A stretch of DNA of 64,000 nucleotides from Polyangiales bacterium. GTDB lineage: Bacteria; Myxococcota_A; Polyangia; Polyangiales; Polyangiaceae. The DNA lies in NCBI GenBank assembly GCA_038231275.1, contig JBBRLQ010000002.1, positions 192,001-256,000 of the forward strand, written 5' to 3'. Shown one piece after another: positions 1-10,308 of the stretch; the first letter of the stretch is position 1, and the number at the start of each line of letters is the position of its first letter. The notes under the pieces were generated by a model. It was not told the DNA's origin and ran no database searches. It worked only from the letters and a program-made list of their open reading frames with translations. A program made the translations under genes and the position numbers.

Positions 1-2
1 CG

Positions 3-2336
3 TCACCCGATGGCGCGAAAAATGAGCGCTTCGTCGACGATCTGGCCGACCAGCTCGATCTCCTGATCGCGTCGAAGGCGCCGCCGGCGAACCTCATCGC
101 GTACGTCGAGCGCGGGACCAAGGACGTGCGCGCCTTTTACGAGGCGAACAAGTGGCTCTACGCCGACCTCGAGGATCTCAGGAGCGCCGACGCCGAGCTC
201 GATCGGCAGATCGCCGTCCGAAGCGGCCTCGTCGAGGACTTGGAGGCCCCCGACGCTCCCGCGCCGACCGCCGCTGCATCACCCACCCAACCTGCACAGC
301 CGACCGCCGATGGCGGGGCGCCGCCGAAGAAGCACGCGCTCGGAATGGACGACTACCGCGCGCGATGGCAGAAGCGCGCCGAGGACCGCGACGCATTCCC
401 GACCGGCTACTTCGCGACGAAGGACGGGAAGCTCGCTGGACTCCGCATCGTCACGAGCACGCAACTCGGCGACGCGCGCGGGGATGCCCTCCTCGCAGCA
501 GTGCAGAGAATCGTCGCGCGCCTCGAGCCGCGCGGCCGTGATCCGTCGATGCATGTCGGCTTCACCGGCGACGTGGCCGGCGCCGCGGACGAGAAGAAGG
601 CGATCATGGACGACGCGGCCCTCGCGACGGGGATCGCCGTGGTCGTCATCCTCGGCGTGATCGCCCTGTATTTCCGGTCGCTCTGGTCGATCCCGATCAT
701 CCTCCTGCCCGCGCTCTTCGGGGTCGCTGCGGCGTATGCGTTCGCCGAGGTCGCGTTCGGGTACATCAACACGGCGGGCGCGTTCCTCGGCGCGATCATC
801 GTCGGCAACGGGATCAACTACCCGATCGTCCTCCTCGCGCGGTACGAGGAGTTTCGCGCGCGCGGGATGGCGCCGGACGTCGCGCGACGCGAAGCCGTCG
901 TGAACGCGTTTCGGGCGGAGCTGGTGGGGGCGTGCGTCGCGGCGATCGCGTATGGGTCGCTGTTCTTCACGCGCTTCCGCGGCTTCAGCCAGTTCGGGGC
1001 GATCGGCTTCGTAGGGATGCTCGTGGTGTGGGCGTCGATCGTGCCGCTGGTGCCGGCGATGATCGTGCTCGTCGACCGCGTCCGATCGTCTCGCTCGCCG
1101 CTCGCCTCCGACGGTACGCGCTGGCTCACGCGGGTGGCCGCGCTCGGCCCGACGCGCTGGCCGCGCTCGATCCTCGCGATCGGCGCGGCGATCACGGTAC
1201 TCGCGGCGAGCCGGATCCCCGCGTACCTCGTCGATCCGTGGGAGTACGACTTCGGCAAGCTCGGCTCGCGCCGCACCGACGTGAGCGGCGCCGGCGAGTG
1301 GTCGAACAAGGCCAACCTCGTCTTCGGCGGCAAGATGAACGTGGCCGGCGCGCTCATGCTCGCCGACACGAAGGAGCAGGTCCCGCTCGTCAAAGCCAAG
1401 ATCCTCGCGAACGACGCGCTTGATCCCGAGGGGCCCATGATCGCCGAGATTACGACGCTCTGGGACATGCTGCCGGGGACGGCCGCCGAACAAGAGGAGA
1501 AGCTGACCGTGCTGTCGAGAATCCGCGATCGGCTCTCACCGCGCGTCCTCTCCGAGCTCGACGACGACGAGCGCAAATCCATCGACGAGATGCGCCCGCC
1601 CGAGGCGCTCCAGGTCCTGGCGGACCGCGATCTGCCGCCGCTCGTCCGGCGTCGCTTCAGCGAGAACGACGGGCGGCTCGGGACGGCGTTCTACGTCAAG
1701 CCGCGCAACGACGTCGTCTTCGCGGACGGACACAACCACCTTCGCTTGTCGGCGACGACCGACGACGTGCGCCTCGACGACGGCACGGTGGTCATGACCG
1801 CCAGCCGCTCGACGATCTTCGCGGAGATGCTCCGCAGCCTGCGGCGCGACGGGCCGCTCGCCTCGCTCATCGCCAGCGTCGGCGTGATCGTCGTCGTCAT
1901 CGTCGCGGCGCGCGATCGACGCTTGGTCCTCGGCGTGCTGGCGGCGCTCGCGGTGGGCGTGGCGTGGCTCCTGGGCGGCGCCGCGTTTGCGCACGTGCGC
2001 CTCAACTACGTCAACTTCATCGCGCTGCCGATCACGCTCGGAATCGGCTGCGAATATCCATTCAACATCGCCGATCGCGTGCGGCTCCTCGGCGGCGACG
2101 TCTCCGCGGCGGTGTCGCGATCGGGCGGCGCGGTGCTCCTGTGCAGCCTCACGACGACGATCGGCTACGGCTCGCTCCTCTTGTCGGACGTGCAGGCCCT
2201 CGAGTCGTTCGGCAAGCTCGCGGTCTGCGGCGAGCTCGCGTGCGTCTTCGCGGCGGTCTTCTTATTGCCGTCGTTGCTCGTCGTGCTCCAACGCGGCAAA
2301 CGCGTCCCGCACGCTCCCATCGCGACCCTCAGATGA
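3..2336 (+). CDS. MMPL/RND-family transporter (5'-truncated by window edge)
   Basis: Frame open from base 3 (SPDGAKNERFVDDL...). Two hydrophobic TM clusters with GNGINYPI / GIGCEYP and LTTTIGYGSL, the pattern typical of MMPL repeats. Confidence 0.85.
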   Translation, partial: SPDGAKNERFVDDLADQLDLLIASKAPPANLIAYVERGTKDVRAFYEANKWLYADLEDLRSADAELDRQIAVRSGLVEDLEAPDAPAPTAAASPTQPAQPTADGGAPPKKHALGMDDYRARWQKRAEDRDAFPTGYFATKDGKLAGLRIVTSTQLGDARGDALLAAVQRIVARLEPRGRDPSMHVGFTGDVAGAADEKKAIMDDAALATGIAVVVILGVIALYFRSLWSIPIILLPALFGVAAAYAFAEVAFGYINTAGAFLGAIIVGNGINYPIVLLARYEEFRARGMAPDVARREAVVNAFRAELVGACVAAIAYGSLFFTRFRGFSQFGAIGFVGMLVVWASIVPLVPAMIVLVDRVRSSRSPLASDGTRWLTRVAALGPTRWPRSILAIGAAITVLAASRIPAYLVDPWEYDFGKLGSRRTDVSGAGEWSNKANLVFGGKMNVAGALMLADTKEQVPLVKAKILANDALDPEGPMIAEITTLWDMLPGTAAEQEEKLTVLSRIRDRLSPRVLSELDDDERKSIDEMRPPEALQVLADRDLPPLVRRRFSENDGRLGTAFYVKPRNDVVFADGHNHLRLSATTDDVRLDDGTVVMTASRSTIFAEMLRSLRRDGPLASLIASVGVIVVVIVAARDRRLVLGVLAALAVGVAWLLGGAAFAHVRLNYVNFIALPITLGIGCEYPFNIADRVRLLGGDVSAAVSRSGGAVLLCSLTTTIGYGSLLLSDVQALESFGKLAVCGELACVFAAVFLLPSLLVVLQRGKRVPHAPIATLR

Positions 2337-3870
2337 AGTGCTTCGTCGTCGGCCAGATTTGCTCGATCGTCACGCGCGGCTTGCGGCACACGAAGATGGG
2401 CACGCCGTTCTCGTAGGGCATGGCGAAGGGCTCGTCGGTCTTGTCGACCTCTACGACCTCCTCGAACCCCTTCTCGAGGTCCTCGCGATCTTCACCCACG
2501 GCGATGAGCACGGGGCCGCGCCCGTCCTTCGGAGGACCCCACATGAAGTACGCGTTGTGGCCGCTCACCGCGGGAGGAAGGCCCAACGCCGGCCCGAAGA
2601 AATCGACGGTCCCTGCTTCGCCGTAGTTGCTGCCGAAGATGGTCGCCTGCGCTCGCTCCTCCGGCGGGAGCGCGTCGTACGCGCGGGCGATCTTGCGCGC
2701 CATGGCTTCCCAGCCGAACTGATCGGCGAAGTGCTGGGGCATCGGGCCCATGCGGTGCTTCTCGTCCGACGACGGCGCGACGCCGAGGGCGCCCGCGTAG
2801 CGCTGGAACGCGAGCGGATCGAGGAGCGGCACCGCGAGGGGCGCGAGCGCGGCTCCGGTCACGGCGAGGACGGCGACGATCGCGGCGCGGCCGATCGGAC
2901 GAGCGACCCACGACTCGATCCCCGCTGCGCCCGCCGCATACGCCAGCGGAAAGCCGCCCGCCATGTAGTACGGCTTGCCGTGGCCCAGGAGGACGATCGC
3001 GAAGAGCGCGACGAAGGTGATGCCCAAGAAGCGATATGGCCGCGCGGCGCGCGCGACGAGCAGCCAGACCACGCCGCCGGCCCAGAGCGGCGCGGTGACG
3101 GGGTTGAAATTCAACGCCAGCGCGCCGAGGAACGCTTGCGGCGACATCGCCACCATCTTCTTGGCCTGCGCGTTGCGCATGAACTCCAGCGTCGGCCAGC
3201 CATTCGCCTGCTCCCACGCGATGTTGGGGAGCAAGAGGAGCGCCGCGATGCCGAGCCCGAGCCAAGGCCCGCGCGTCCGCAGCGCGGCGCGGTGCGGCGT
3301 GAGGAGGATGCCGACGCACAGCGCGGCGCCGAAGAAGAGCGTCGAGTGCTTGGCCTCGAGCGCGAGGCCGCACACCACGCCGAACGGAACCCACGCGCGC
3401 GTCTCGCCGTGCACCAGAGCGCGCGCCGCGAAGAGCGCCGCCGCCGACCACGCCATTGGCAGGACGCAGTTCATCGACAGGAAGTGATGGGTCCCCAGCA
3501 TCTCCGGCGCGAGCGCGCACGAGAGCGCCGCGAGCGACTGGGCGAACGCCCGCCCACCGAACATGCGCGCGAGCTCTGCGGCGAGGACGACCATCCCCGC
3601 CGCGCACGCCGCCGGCAAGACGCGCAACCCCACGAACGACGCGCCGAAGAGGAGCTGCGACGCGCGCGCCATCACCGCGACGAGCGGCGGGTGGTCGACA
3701 TACCCGAACGCGAGGTGCTTCCCGCACGCGACGTAATAGAGCTCGTCGCGGAAGACGCCGTAGCGTCCGGCGCACGAAATGAACAGACCGAACGTGAGTG
3801 CCGCGATCACGAGGACGCTGCGCGCGCGGGGCGGCGACGGGGAAGGAGACGGGTCCGCGGTCACGGTCAC
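2329..3870 (-). CDS. Glycosyltransferase family 39 / ArnT-PMT-like membrane protein
   Basis: FRDELYY...GYVDHPPL motif and multiple TMs. GTG start placed at 3870, just after the pip stop; the longer ORF in the track overlaps pip. Confidence 0.85.
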   Translation of the reverse strand: MTVTADPSPSPSPPRARSVLVIAALTFGLFISCAGRYGVFRDELYYVACGKHLAFGYVDHPPLVAVMARASQLLFGASFVGLRVLPAACAAGMVVLAAELARMFGGRAFAQSLAALSCALAPEMLGTHHFLSMNCVLPMAWSAAALFAARALVHGETRAWVPFGVVCGLALEAKHSTLFFGAALCVGILLTPHRAALRTRGPWLGLGIAALLLLPNIAWEQANGWPTLEFMRNAQAKKMVAMSPQAFLGALALNFNPVTAPLWAGGVVWLLVARAARPYRFLGITFVALFAIVLLGHGKPYYMAGGFPLAYAAGAAGIESWVARPIGRAAIVAVLAVTGAALAPLAVPLLDPLAFQRYAGALGVAPSSDEKHRMGPMPQHFADQFGWEAMARKIARAYDALPPEERAQATIFGSNYGEAGTVDFFGPALGLPPAVSGHNAYFMWGPPKDGRGPVLIAVGEDREDLEKGFEEVVEVDKTDEPFAMPYENGVPIFVCRKPRVTIEQIWPTTKHFI

Positions 3871-3871
3871 C

Positions 3872-4822
3872 TCAGGCTCGGAAGCGGTCCGTCGCTTCGA
3901 CGAGGTGATGAAGGTTCCCCGGCTCGAACGCGGAGTGCCCCGCGTCTTGCACGACATGGAGCGTCGCTTCGGGCCACGCGCGGTGCAGCGCCCACGCCGA
4001 CTCCATTGGGCACACGACGTCGTAGCGACCCTGCACGATGACGCCAGGGATCGCGCGAATTTTGTCGATGTTGGCGAGCAGCTCGCGCCCCTCGAGCCAC
4101 GCGCTGTGGACGAAGTAGTGGCACTCGATGCGCGCGAACGCGAGGCTGAAGTCGTCCTCCCCCATCTTGGCGACGAGCTGCGGCGCCGGGAACAAGTTGC
4201 TCGTGCTCCCCTCCCACACGCTCCAGGCGCGCGCCGCCTCTCCGCGGACCTTCGGATCGGCCGACGTGAGACGCTTGTAATATGCACGGACCAGATCGCC
4301 GCGCTCGGCGGCGGGAATGGGCGCGAGGTAGCCCTCCCACGCGTCGGGGTAGATGGCGCTGGCGCCATATTGGTAAAACCATTCGATCTCCCCCTTTCGG
4401 ATGAGGAAGATGCCGCGGAGGACCAGCTCGGTCACGCGCTCCGGATGCGTCTCGGCGTACGCGAGGCCGAGCGTCGAGCCCCACGAGCCGCCGAACACTT
4501 GCCAGCGGGCGATCGCGAGGTGCTCGCGGATTTTCTCCATGTCGGAGACGAGGTCCCAGGTCGTGTTGTCGTCGAGCGACGCGAACGGCGTGCTCTTGCC
4601 GCAGCCGCGCTGATCGAACAGAACGATGCGGTACGCGTTCGGGTCGAAGAAGCGGCGCTGCTTGCCCTCGGTCCCGAACCCGGGGCCACCGTGGACGAAC
4701 ACGACGGGCTTGCCCTTCGGGTTGCCGGATTGCTCGTAGTAAATCTCGTGACCGCCGCCGACCTTCAGGCGACCGATGTCGTAGGGCTCGATTTCGGGGT
4801 AGAGGGTCCGGCGGTCAGGCAT
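3872..4822 (-). CDS. pip: Proline iminopeptidase
   Basis: HGGPG, FDQRGCGKS, GGSWGSTL nucleophile, GRYDVVCP and AGHS motifs. Confidence 0.96.
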   Translation of the reverse strand: MPDRRTLYPEIEPYDIGRLKVGGGHEIYYEQSGNPKGKPVVFVHGGPGFGTEGKQRRFFDPNAYRIVLFDQRGCGKSTPFASLDDNTTWDLVSDMEKIREHLAIARWQVFGGSWGSTLGLAYAETHPERVTELVLRGIFLIRKGEIEWFYQYGASAIYPDAWEGYLAPIPAAERGDLVRAYYKRLTSADPKVRGEAARAWSVWEGSTSNLFPAPQLVAKMGEDDFSLAFARIECHYFVHSAWLEGRELLANIDKIRAIPGVIVQGRYDVVCPMESAWALHRAWPEATLHVVQDAGHSAFEPGNLHHLVEATDRFRA

Positions 4823-4843
4823 GACCGATGGTCTAGCACGACG

Positions 4844-5446
4844 TCACCTGCACTTGCCGCCCGTGCACTTCTTGGAGCAGCACTCCCAGAACGAACCGCA
4901 GTCCTCGTCATTCGAGAGACAGGTCCGACACTTCGCGCTTCCTGTCGGGGGACAGACGGAGCCGAGGCAGCAGAACGCGCCGCCGAACACGTTGCAGTCG
5001 GCGCCGTTCTGCGCGCAGGTGCCGACGCACGAAAAGAGCTCGCCGCAGTGCTTTCCGTAGCAGCACGCGGCCTCGTCGCCGCAACCGTTCCCGTCGACGC
5101 ACTTCCCGACGCACTTGGCGACGGCGTTGCACACGGCGGGCGCGCAGCAGCGGTTGCCCGCGGTATCGCAGGACTGAATCGGGTTGGTGCAGCCGGCCTC
5201 GGCGGCGTCGGGGACCGCCTCGCCACCGTCGGGGGTGTAGACATCGTCCGGGATCACGACGTCGGGCGCCGACGCCGGGCCGTCGCCTCCCTCGCTACCA
5301 CCATCGGCTTGGGCGACGGTGCCGTCGTGGGCCGCGTCGCCGACGAGGTGCGCCGGGTACCCGAACTGCTCGTCGAGGCCCGCGATCATCCCGCAGCCGC
5401 TCACGCCGGCGACGAACGCGGTCAGGAAGAGGAACGCGCGCCGCAC
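4844..5446 (-). CDS. Cys-rich lipoprotein with four C-C-CC-C-C modules
   Basis: Signal with lipobox (VSGC), Asp/Gly linker, 24 Cys in the C-terminal region. GTG start 6 nt after TACGTT. Confidence 0.75.
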   Translation of the reverse strand: MRRAFLFLTAFVAGVSGCGMIAGLDEQFGYPAHLVGDAAHDGTVAQADGGSEGGDGPASAPDVVIPDDVYTPDGGEAVPDAAEAGCTNPIQSCDTAGNRCCAPAVCNAVAKCVGKCVDGNGCGDEAACCYGKHCGELFSCVGTCAQNGADCNVFGGAFCCLGSVCPPTGSAKCRTCLSNDEDCGSFWECCSKKCTGGKCR

Positions 5447-5519
5447 CCCTTCAACGTAGCGCAGCGCACGGCGGACGGGTAACTCCGCCCCGAAGAACCG
5501 CCCCGAGTGGGACAAACGA

Positions 5520-5957
5520 TCAGCGCGCCGTCATCGCCAGGCTGTCGTATTCCGTGAAGAGGCGATCCGTTGCCACCGGATCGACCCACAGGATCTCGTC
5601 CTGACCGACGTTCTGCTTGTGCCGCAGGATGAACCTCTGCCCCGCGACGACGTCGAGCGTGGCGATGGGGTTGTCACTCGAGCCGGGGGTGATTCGGTGC
5701 TGGCCAGGGGCGGCGTAGTAGCAAAAAAAGCTGGGTCCTCGCGTCATTCCGACGGTCACGCCGTTGTCTCGGAACATCGTCGGCAGGAGCTGGCCGGCGC
5801 CCGGCGGCCGCACGACACACACCTGCGCCATGCCCGGAGGAATCGCCACGAACGGGTCGACCGCGATCTCGCGAGGCTCGCCGTGCTGCGACGCGCACGC
5901 GGCGAGCACGAGCGGCGCGAGCGACGCGAACGGTGCGAATAGAGAAAGGGCGCGCAT
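5520..5957 (-). CDS. Hypothetical lipoprotein (DUF2846-like)
   Basis: MRALSLF...LAAC lipobox, then the pattern VCVVRP...DNGVTVG...YYAAPGQHRI. Confidence 0.6.
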   Translation of the reverse strand: MRALSLFAPFASLAPLVLAACASQHGEPREIAVDPFVAIPPGMAQVCVVRPPGAGQLLPTMFRDNGVTVGMTRGPSFFCYYAAPGQHRITPGSSDNPIATLDVVAGQRFILRHKQNVGQDEILWVDPVATDRLFTEYDSLAMTAR

Positions 5958-5998
5958 GCTGCTCGTCTTGCAAAGCAACCCTCGTACCTGCGGCGGCC

Positions 5999-7558
5999 TC
6001 ACGGCGTCCTCCAGGTGTAGCCATCCTTCGCGAGCAGCACATCCGCCTCGGCGGGGCCCCACGAGCCCGCGGCGTACGACGGGATCTGCTTCTCGCCGGA
6101 GGCGTCCCAGAGATTGAGGAGCGGATCGGTGATGCGCCAGGCCGCTTCGACCTCGTCCGAGCGCGTGAAGAGCGTCGCGTCGCCGATCATGCAATCGAGG
6201 AGCAGTGTCTCGTACGCCGGATGGACCTCGCTGCCGAAGACGTTGGCGTAGGCGAAGTCCATGTGGACGGGCGCGACCTCGATGCCCGGCGTGAGCGCGA
6301 GCGCGGCGCCCGGGATCTTGACGTCGAAGCCGATCGCGATGCCGTCGTCGGGCTGGATCCGGAGGACGAGGACGTTGGGGCGCGGTCCCTCGCCGGGGCA
6401 CGGCTCGTACATCGGCTTCTTCGCCGGACGGAAGTAGAGCGCGATCTCGGAGTGGCGCTTCGCCAGGCGCTTGCCGCTACGCACGAAGAAGGGGACGCCG
6501 CGCCACCGCTCGTTGTCGACTTCGAACCTCATCGCGGCAAAGGTCGGCGTGATGGACGTGGCCGCGACGTCGGGCTCCTGACGGTACCCGGGCACCGCCT
6601 TGCCGGCGCATTGGCCTTCCGTGTATTGTGCACGTATCGCGTCGGTCTTCCCGTTCACGACCAGCGGCTTCACGGAGCGGAGCACCTTCACCTTCTCGTC
6701 GCGCACGGCGTCGGCGGTGGGGACGTCCGGCGGCTCCATCGCGGTGAGCGCCAGCATCTGGAGGAGGTGGTTCTGGAACATGTCGCGGACGACTCCGGCC
6801 GTCTCGTAGTACTTCGACCGCCCTTCGAGGCCGACCGTCTCGGCGGCGGTGATCTGGACGTGCGAGATGTACTCGCGGCTCCACAGCGCCTCGAAAATGG
6901 CGTTCGCAGAGCGGAAGACGAGGATGTTCTGCACCGTCTCCTTCCCGACGTAGTGATCGATTCGGTAAATCTGGGGCTCCGCGAAGACCGAGAGCACGCC
7001 GCGGCTCAGCGCCTGCGCGGTGGCGAGGCTGGTCCCGAACGGTTTCTCGACGATGACCCGCCGCCAAGGCCGCGCCTTGGGATCTTCCACGCGGGGAAGG
7101 ACACCGGCGAGCGACGAGTGCTTGCAGATGGGCTCGAAGAGGAACGGCGGCACCGCGAGGTAGAGGAGGCGGTTCTGCTTCGCGGTGTCGATCTTCGCCT
7201 CGAACGAGTCGAGGCGTGTCTTCAGCTCGGCGTAGACGGTGGGCTCGGCGAGGTTGCCGGTCACCCAGTACACGCGCCCGGCGAGCGCCTGCCAAACGGC
7301 GAGGTCGAAGCTCTTCACGTCGTCGGCCTTCGACAGCGCGTCCTTGATCGCCTCGCGGTAGCTCGCGTCGTCTTGCTTCTCGATGCCGACCGCGATGATG
7401 CGGAAGTCGGGGCTGAGCAGGTCCTTGCTAGCGAGCTGGTAGATCGCGGGGAAGAGCTTCCGCCGGGCGAGATCGCCGAGGCCGCCGAAGATGACGAGCG
7501 TGCACGGCTCGCCCTTGGCGAGCGGCCCGGTGGAGACGGGCGGTACGGTGATGGTCAT
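5999..7558 (-). CDS. zwf: Glucose-6-phosphate 1-dehydrogenase
   Basis: GGLGDLARRK, EKPFG, RIDHYVGKE, RDMFQNHLLQ, WRGVPF motifs. RBS GGAGGG. Confidence 0.97.
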   Translation of the reverse strand: MTITVPPVSTGPLAKGEPCTLVIFGGLGDLARRKLFPAIYQLASKDLLSPDFRIIAVGIEKQDDASYREAIKDALSKADDVKSFDLAVWQALAGRVYWVTGNLAEPTVYAELKTRLDSFEAKIDTAKQNRLLYLAVPPFLFEPICKHSSLAGVLPRVEDPKARPWRRVIVEKPFGTSLATAQALSRGVLSVFAEPQIYRIDHYVGKETVQNILVFRSANAIFEALWSREYISHVQITAAETVGLEGRSKYYETAGVVRDMFQNHLLQMLALTAMEPPDVPTADAVRDEKVKVLRSVKPLVVNGKTDAIRAQYTEGQCAGKAVPGYRQEPDVAATSITPTFAAMRFEVDNERWRGVPFFVRSGKRLAKRHSEIALYFRPAKKPMYEPCPGEGPRPNVLVLRIQPDDGIAIGFDVKIPGAALALTPGIEVAPVHMDFAYANVFGSEVHPAYETLLLDCMIGDATLFTRSDEVEAAWRITDPLLNLWDASGEKQIPSYAAGSWGPAEADVLLAKDGYTWRTP

Positions 7559-7625
7559 CGGTCCCTCCGAGCTTGCGAGCGTACCGCGCCTCCGCCGAGT
7601 GCGGAGTGATAACTTGCCGAGCTGA

Positions 7626-9668
7626 TTACAGGCGCGAAGCGAGGCGCCTGGCGATCACGCTGGAGAGGGCCATGATCGTGGACTGCGGGTTGACCCCGAG
7701 GCCGGTCGGCAACAGAGATCCGTCGCAGACGTAGACGCCGCGCGCACCGAAGCGCTCGCCGTCGGGGTTCACGCCGGCCGTTTTGGGGCTTCCTCCGACG
7801 CGGCACGTGCCGTTCACGTGGGCGGAGAAGAGGGCGCACTGGTTCGGTCCGAGCGCGCGCCCACCGATCTCGCGCAGATCGGCCTCGGTGCGGATGGTGA
7901 CGGCGGGGACGTGCAACGTCTTGACCTCCCGCGCGCCGGCCGCGAGGTGCAGGCGCGCGCTCGCCTCGATCGCGCGCGCGAGGTGCGCGGCGTCCTTGGG
8001 GCCGAGCCGGTAATCGATCTTGGTCTGGCCGTTGCGATCGACGTTGACGGAGCCGTTCGACACGTCGCGATCGGCACCGTCTCGCACGAGGGCGATGAAG
8101 GACCCGGTCTTTCGCATCGTCATCATCGCGCGCCGGTGCGCGTCGCCGAAGCCGCCGGTAACCGCTGCGGCGAGCGCGGGGTGCAGAGGCGGGCACTCGA
8201 TCCAGAAGCCGTAGCCGTGCGCGTCGAGGCGCAGATGCTCGTCGCACAGCGCGGTGAGGGGCATGCCGGCGAACGAGCAGACGTCGTGATCGTACTGGCC
8301 CAGCGTGGCGGTGGTCGGGTGGAGGCGTAGCCAGCGACCGACGCCGCCGCCGCCCATTCCGGACTTTTGGAGGAGCGCCGGTGTGCCGATCGCGCCGGCG
8401 GCGCACACGACCGCCTTCGCGTCGATCGACAGCCGAGCGCGCACCCGGCCGGTCGCGCGCTCGAGGACGCTCGCATGAACGCGCTTGCGAGGGAACGCGC
8501 CGCCCTTCTCGAGCACCTCGATGCGCTCGGCGCGGACGTCGGAGTAGAGGCGCGCGCCGGCCTGCATGGCGCGCGGAAGGAAGGTGGCGAGCGTCCCTTG
8601 CTTGGCGTCGTACCGGCAGCCGTACGTGCAGAACCCCGAGCGGACACAGCCCTTCGCGTTGATCTTGCCTGCGTGCGCGCGCCACCCGAGCGCGCGCGCG
8701 CCGTCGAGGAGCAGGCGATTGTTCGCCGAGTGCGCGTCGTCGGGGACGAGGCGCGCGTGGACCTCCTCCTCGATTCGGTCGTAGACGGGCGCCAAATCGC
8801 GCGGACGCATCCCGTCGGTGCCGAAGTCGTCTGCCCACTCGTCGAGGACGAAGTCGGGCGCGCGCAGCATGATCATCCAGTTGACGGTGGTGCCGCCTCC
8901 GACCGCCCTGCCCTGCAGAATCGAGATCGAGAGATCGGTGGTGGCGCGAAGCCCGCGATCGGCGAGGAGGCGATCGCCCATCGCTCCCTCGAGCTCGTCG
9001 AAGTCGTCGGGCGCGTAGTAGCCGCCCTCCTCGAGAACGATCACGTCGTGACCTGCCTCGGCGAGGCGCGCGGCCGCCACGCCGCCGCCCGCGCCGCTGC
9101 CGATGACGACGGCGTCGCACGACAAGCGCAGCTCGCCGGCCACCGTGTGCCCTTCGACGACGCCGAGGCGCGCGCGAGGCGCAGGCGTGAGCAGCATGCG
9201 ATGCGCTGACGGCGCGCTCCGTGCGATGGGCTCGTGCGCGACCGTCTCTCCCGCCGCCGGCCCCTCCCACGGGACATCGGGCGCGCGAACGTGCAAGGGT
9301 CCCGGATACCCGAGCTCGCGCGCCGCGTCGGGCTCGGCGTAGTACGTCGCGAGGATCGCCGCGCGCATCGCCTGGTACACGGTGCGCTGGAGCGGGAGCC
9401 GCGACGTCGACCACCGCGTGAGCATCCGGTCTTGGAGCGGCGGCGAGAGGCGCGCGAACGGGATCGGGCGAAGCGTCGTCGCGAGGGCGGCGGCGCGGCT
9501 GCCGAAGAGCCCAACGGCGCTTCGAAACTGCGCGTCGGCCGCCTCACCACACGCGGCCACGCGCGCCGCGACGAGGGCGCCGAGATCCTTCGCCACCGCA
9601 GCGCCGTCGTAGGCGTGCGGCGCGATCCGGCGGCAAACCGCGTCGAGCGTCTCGGTGTAGGATGGCAC
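7626..9668 (-). CDS. GMC-family FAD oxidoreductase (long-chain alcohol oxidase-like); start approximate
   Basis: GSGAGGG FAD motif, GRAVGGGTTVN, SAHVNGTC, CDGSLLPTGLGVNPQ. Confidence 0.88.
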   Translation of the reverse strand: MPSYTETLDAVCRRIAPHAYDGAAVAKDLGALVAARVAACGEAADAQFRSAVGLFGSRAAALATTLRPIPFARLSPPLQDRMLTRWSTSRLPLQRTVYQAMRAAILATYYAEPDAARELGYPGPLHVRAPDVPWEGPAAGETVAHEPIARSAPSAHRMLLTPAPRARLGVVEGHTVAGELRLSCDAVVIGSGAGGGVAAARLAEAGHDVIVLEEGGYYAPDDFDELEGAMGDRLLADRGLRATTDLSISILQGRAVGGGTTVNWMIMLRAPDFVLDEWADDFGTDGMRPRDLAPVYDRIEEEVHARLVPDDAHSANNRLLLDGARALGWRAHAGKINAKGCVRSGFCTYGCRYDAKQGTLATFLPRAMQAGARLYSDVRAERIEVLEKGGAFPRKRVHASVLERATGRVRARLSIDAKAVVCAAGAIGTPALLQKSGMGGGGVGRWLRLHPTTATLGQYDHDVCSFAGMPLTALCDEHLRLDAHGYGFWIECPPLHPALAAAVTGGFGDAHRRAMMTMRKTGSFIALVRDGADRDVSNGSVNVDRNGQTKIDYRLGPKDAAHLARAIEASARLHLAAGAREVKTLHVPAVTIRTEADLREIGGRALGPNQCALFSAHVNGTCRVGGSPKTAGVNPDGERFGARGVYVCDGSLLPTGLGVNPQSTIMALSSVIARRLASRL

Positions 9669-9669
9669 G

Positions 9670-9927
9670 ATGACCTTGACCGAGAAGTTCGAGGACGCGC
9701 AGCGCCGCGTCAAGGAGCTAAAGACCGCCCCCGGCACCGACACGCTCCTGGCGCTCTATGCGCTCTTCAAGCAGGGCACTGCGGGCGACGTCTCGGGGTC
9801 GCGCCCCGGGATGATGGACTTCAAGGGTCGGGCGAAGTTCGACGCGTGGGCCGCCAAGAAGGGCACGTCGAAGGACGCGGCGATGGAGGCCTACGTCACC
9901 CTCGTCGACTCCCTTGCCAAATCCTGA
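9670..9927 (+). CDS. Acyl-CoA-binding protein (ACBP)
   Basis: LLALYALFKQGTAGD...RPGMMDFKGRAKFDAW...AMEAYV signature. Confidence 0.93.
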   Translation: MTLTEKFEDAQRRVKELKTAPGTDTLLALYALFKQGTAGDVSGSRPGMMDFKGRAKFDAWAAKKGTSKDAAMEAYVTLVDSLAKS

Positions 9928-9981
9928 GCGGACGGGCTCGGCGTCAACGAGCTGACATGAGACCTGCTACGACGATGTGCG

Positions 9982-10308
9982 GTGGTGAGCACGGCGACCC
10001 GCAGGTTCGTATCGAAGCCGAGCGCGATGGCGGTGGGGTTGCCCGACGCCCTCGCGGAAGCCGCCACCCTGCACCTGGCGCCGCTGCCTGTCATGCGGGT
10101 GGCGCACGTCGCGGCGGCGTGTGAGCGAATGGTGGTGACGAGGCCACAGGTCATCGTCGTGATGGCCAACGCCCTCCAGGTCGAGGTTCTCCGCGAGCGC
10201 GCGCAGGATGTCGGCGCCGAGATCGCCGAGCTCTCGCCCGAGATGAACGATTTGCAGGTGAAGGCGGCGCTCATCAACGCGAAATACCGCGCCGAAAAGC
10301 GCTGGTGA
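9982..10308 (+). CDS. Small hypothetical protein (possibly a degenerate receiver-like fold)
   Basis: Codon usage fits coding. AAACERMVVTRPQVIVV resembles a REC alpha2/beta3 segment without the Asp. Confidence 0.5.
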   Translation: MVSTATRRFVSKPSAMAVGLPDALAEAATLHLAPLPVMRVAHVAAACERMVVTRPQVIVVMANALQVEVLRERAQDVGAEIAELSPEMNDLQVKAALINAKYRAEKRW

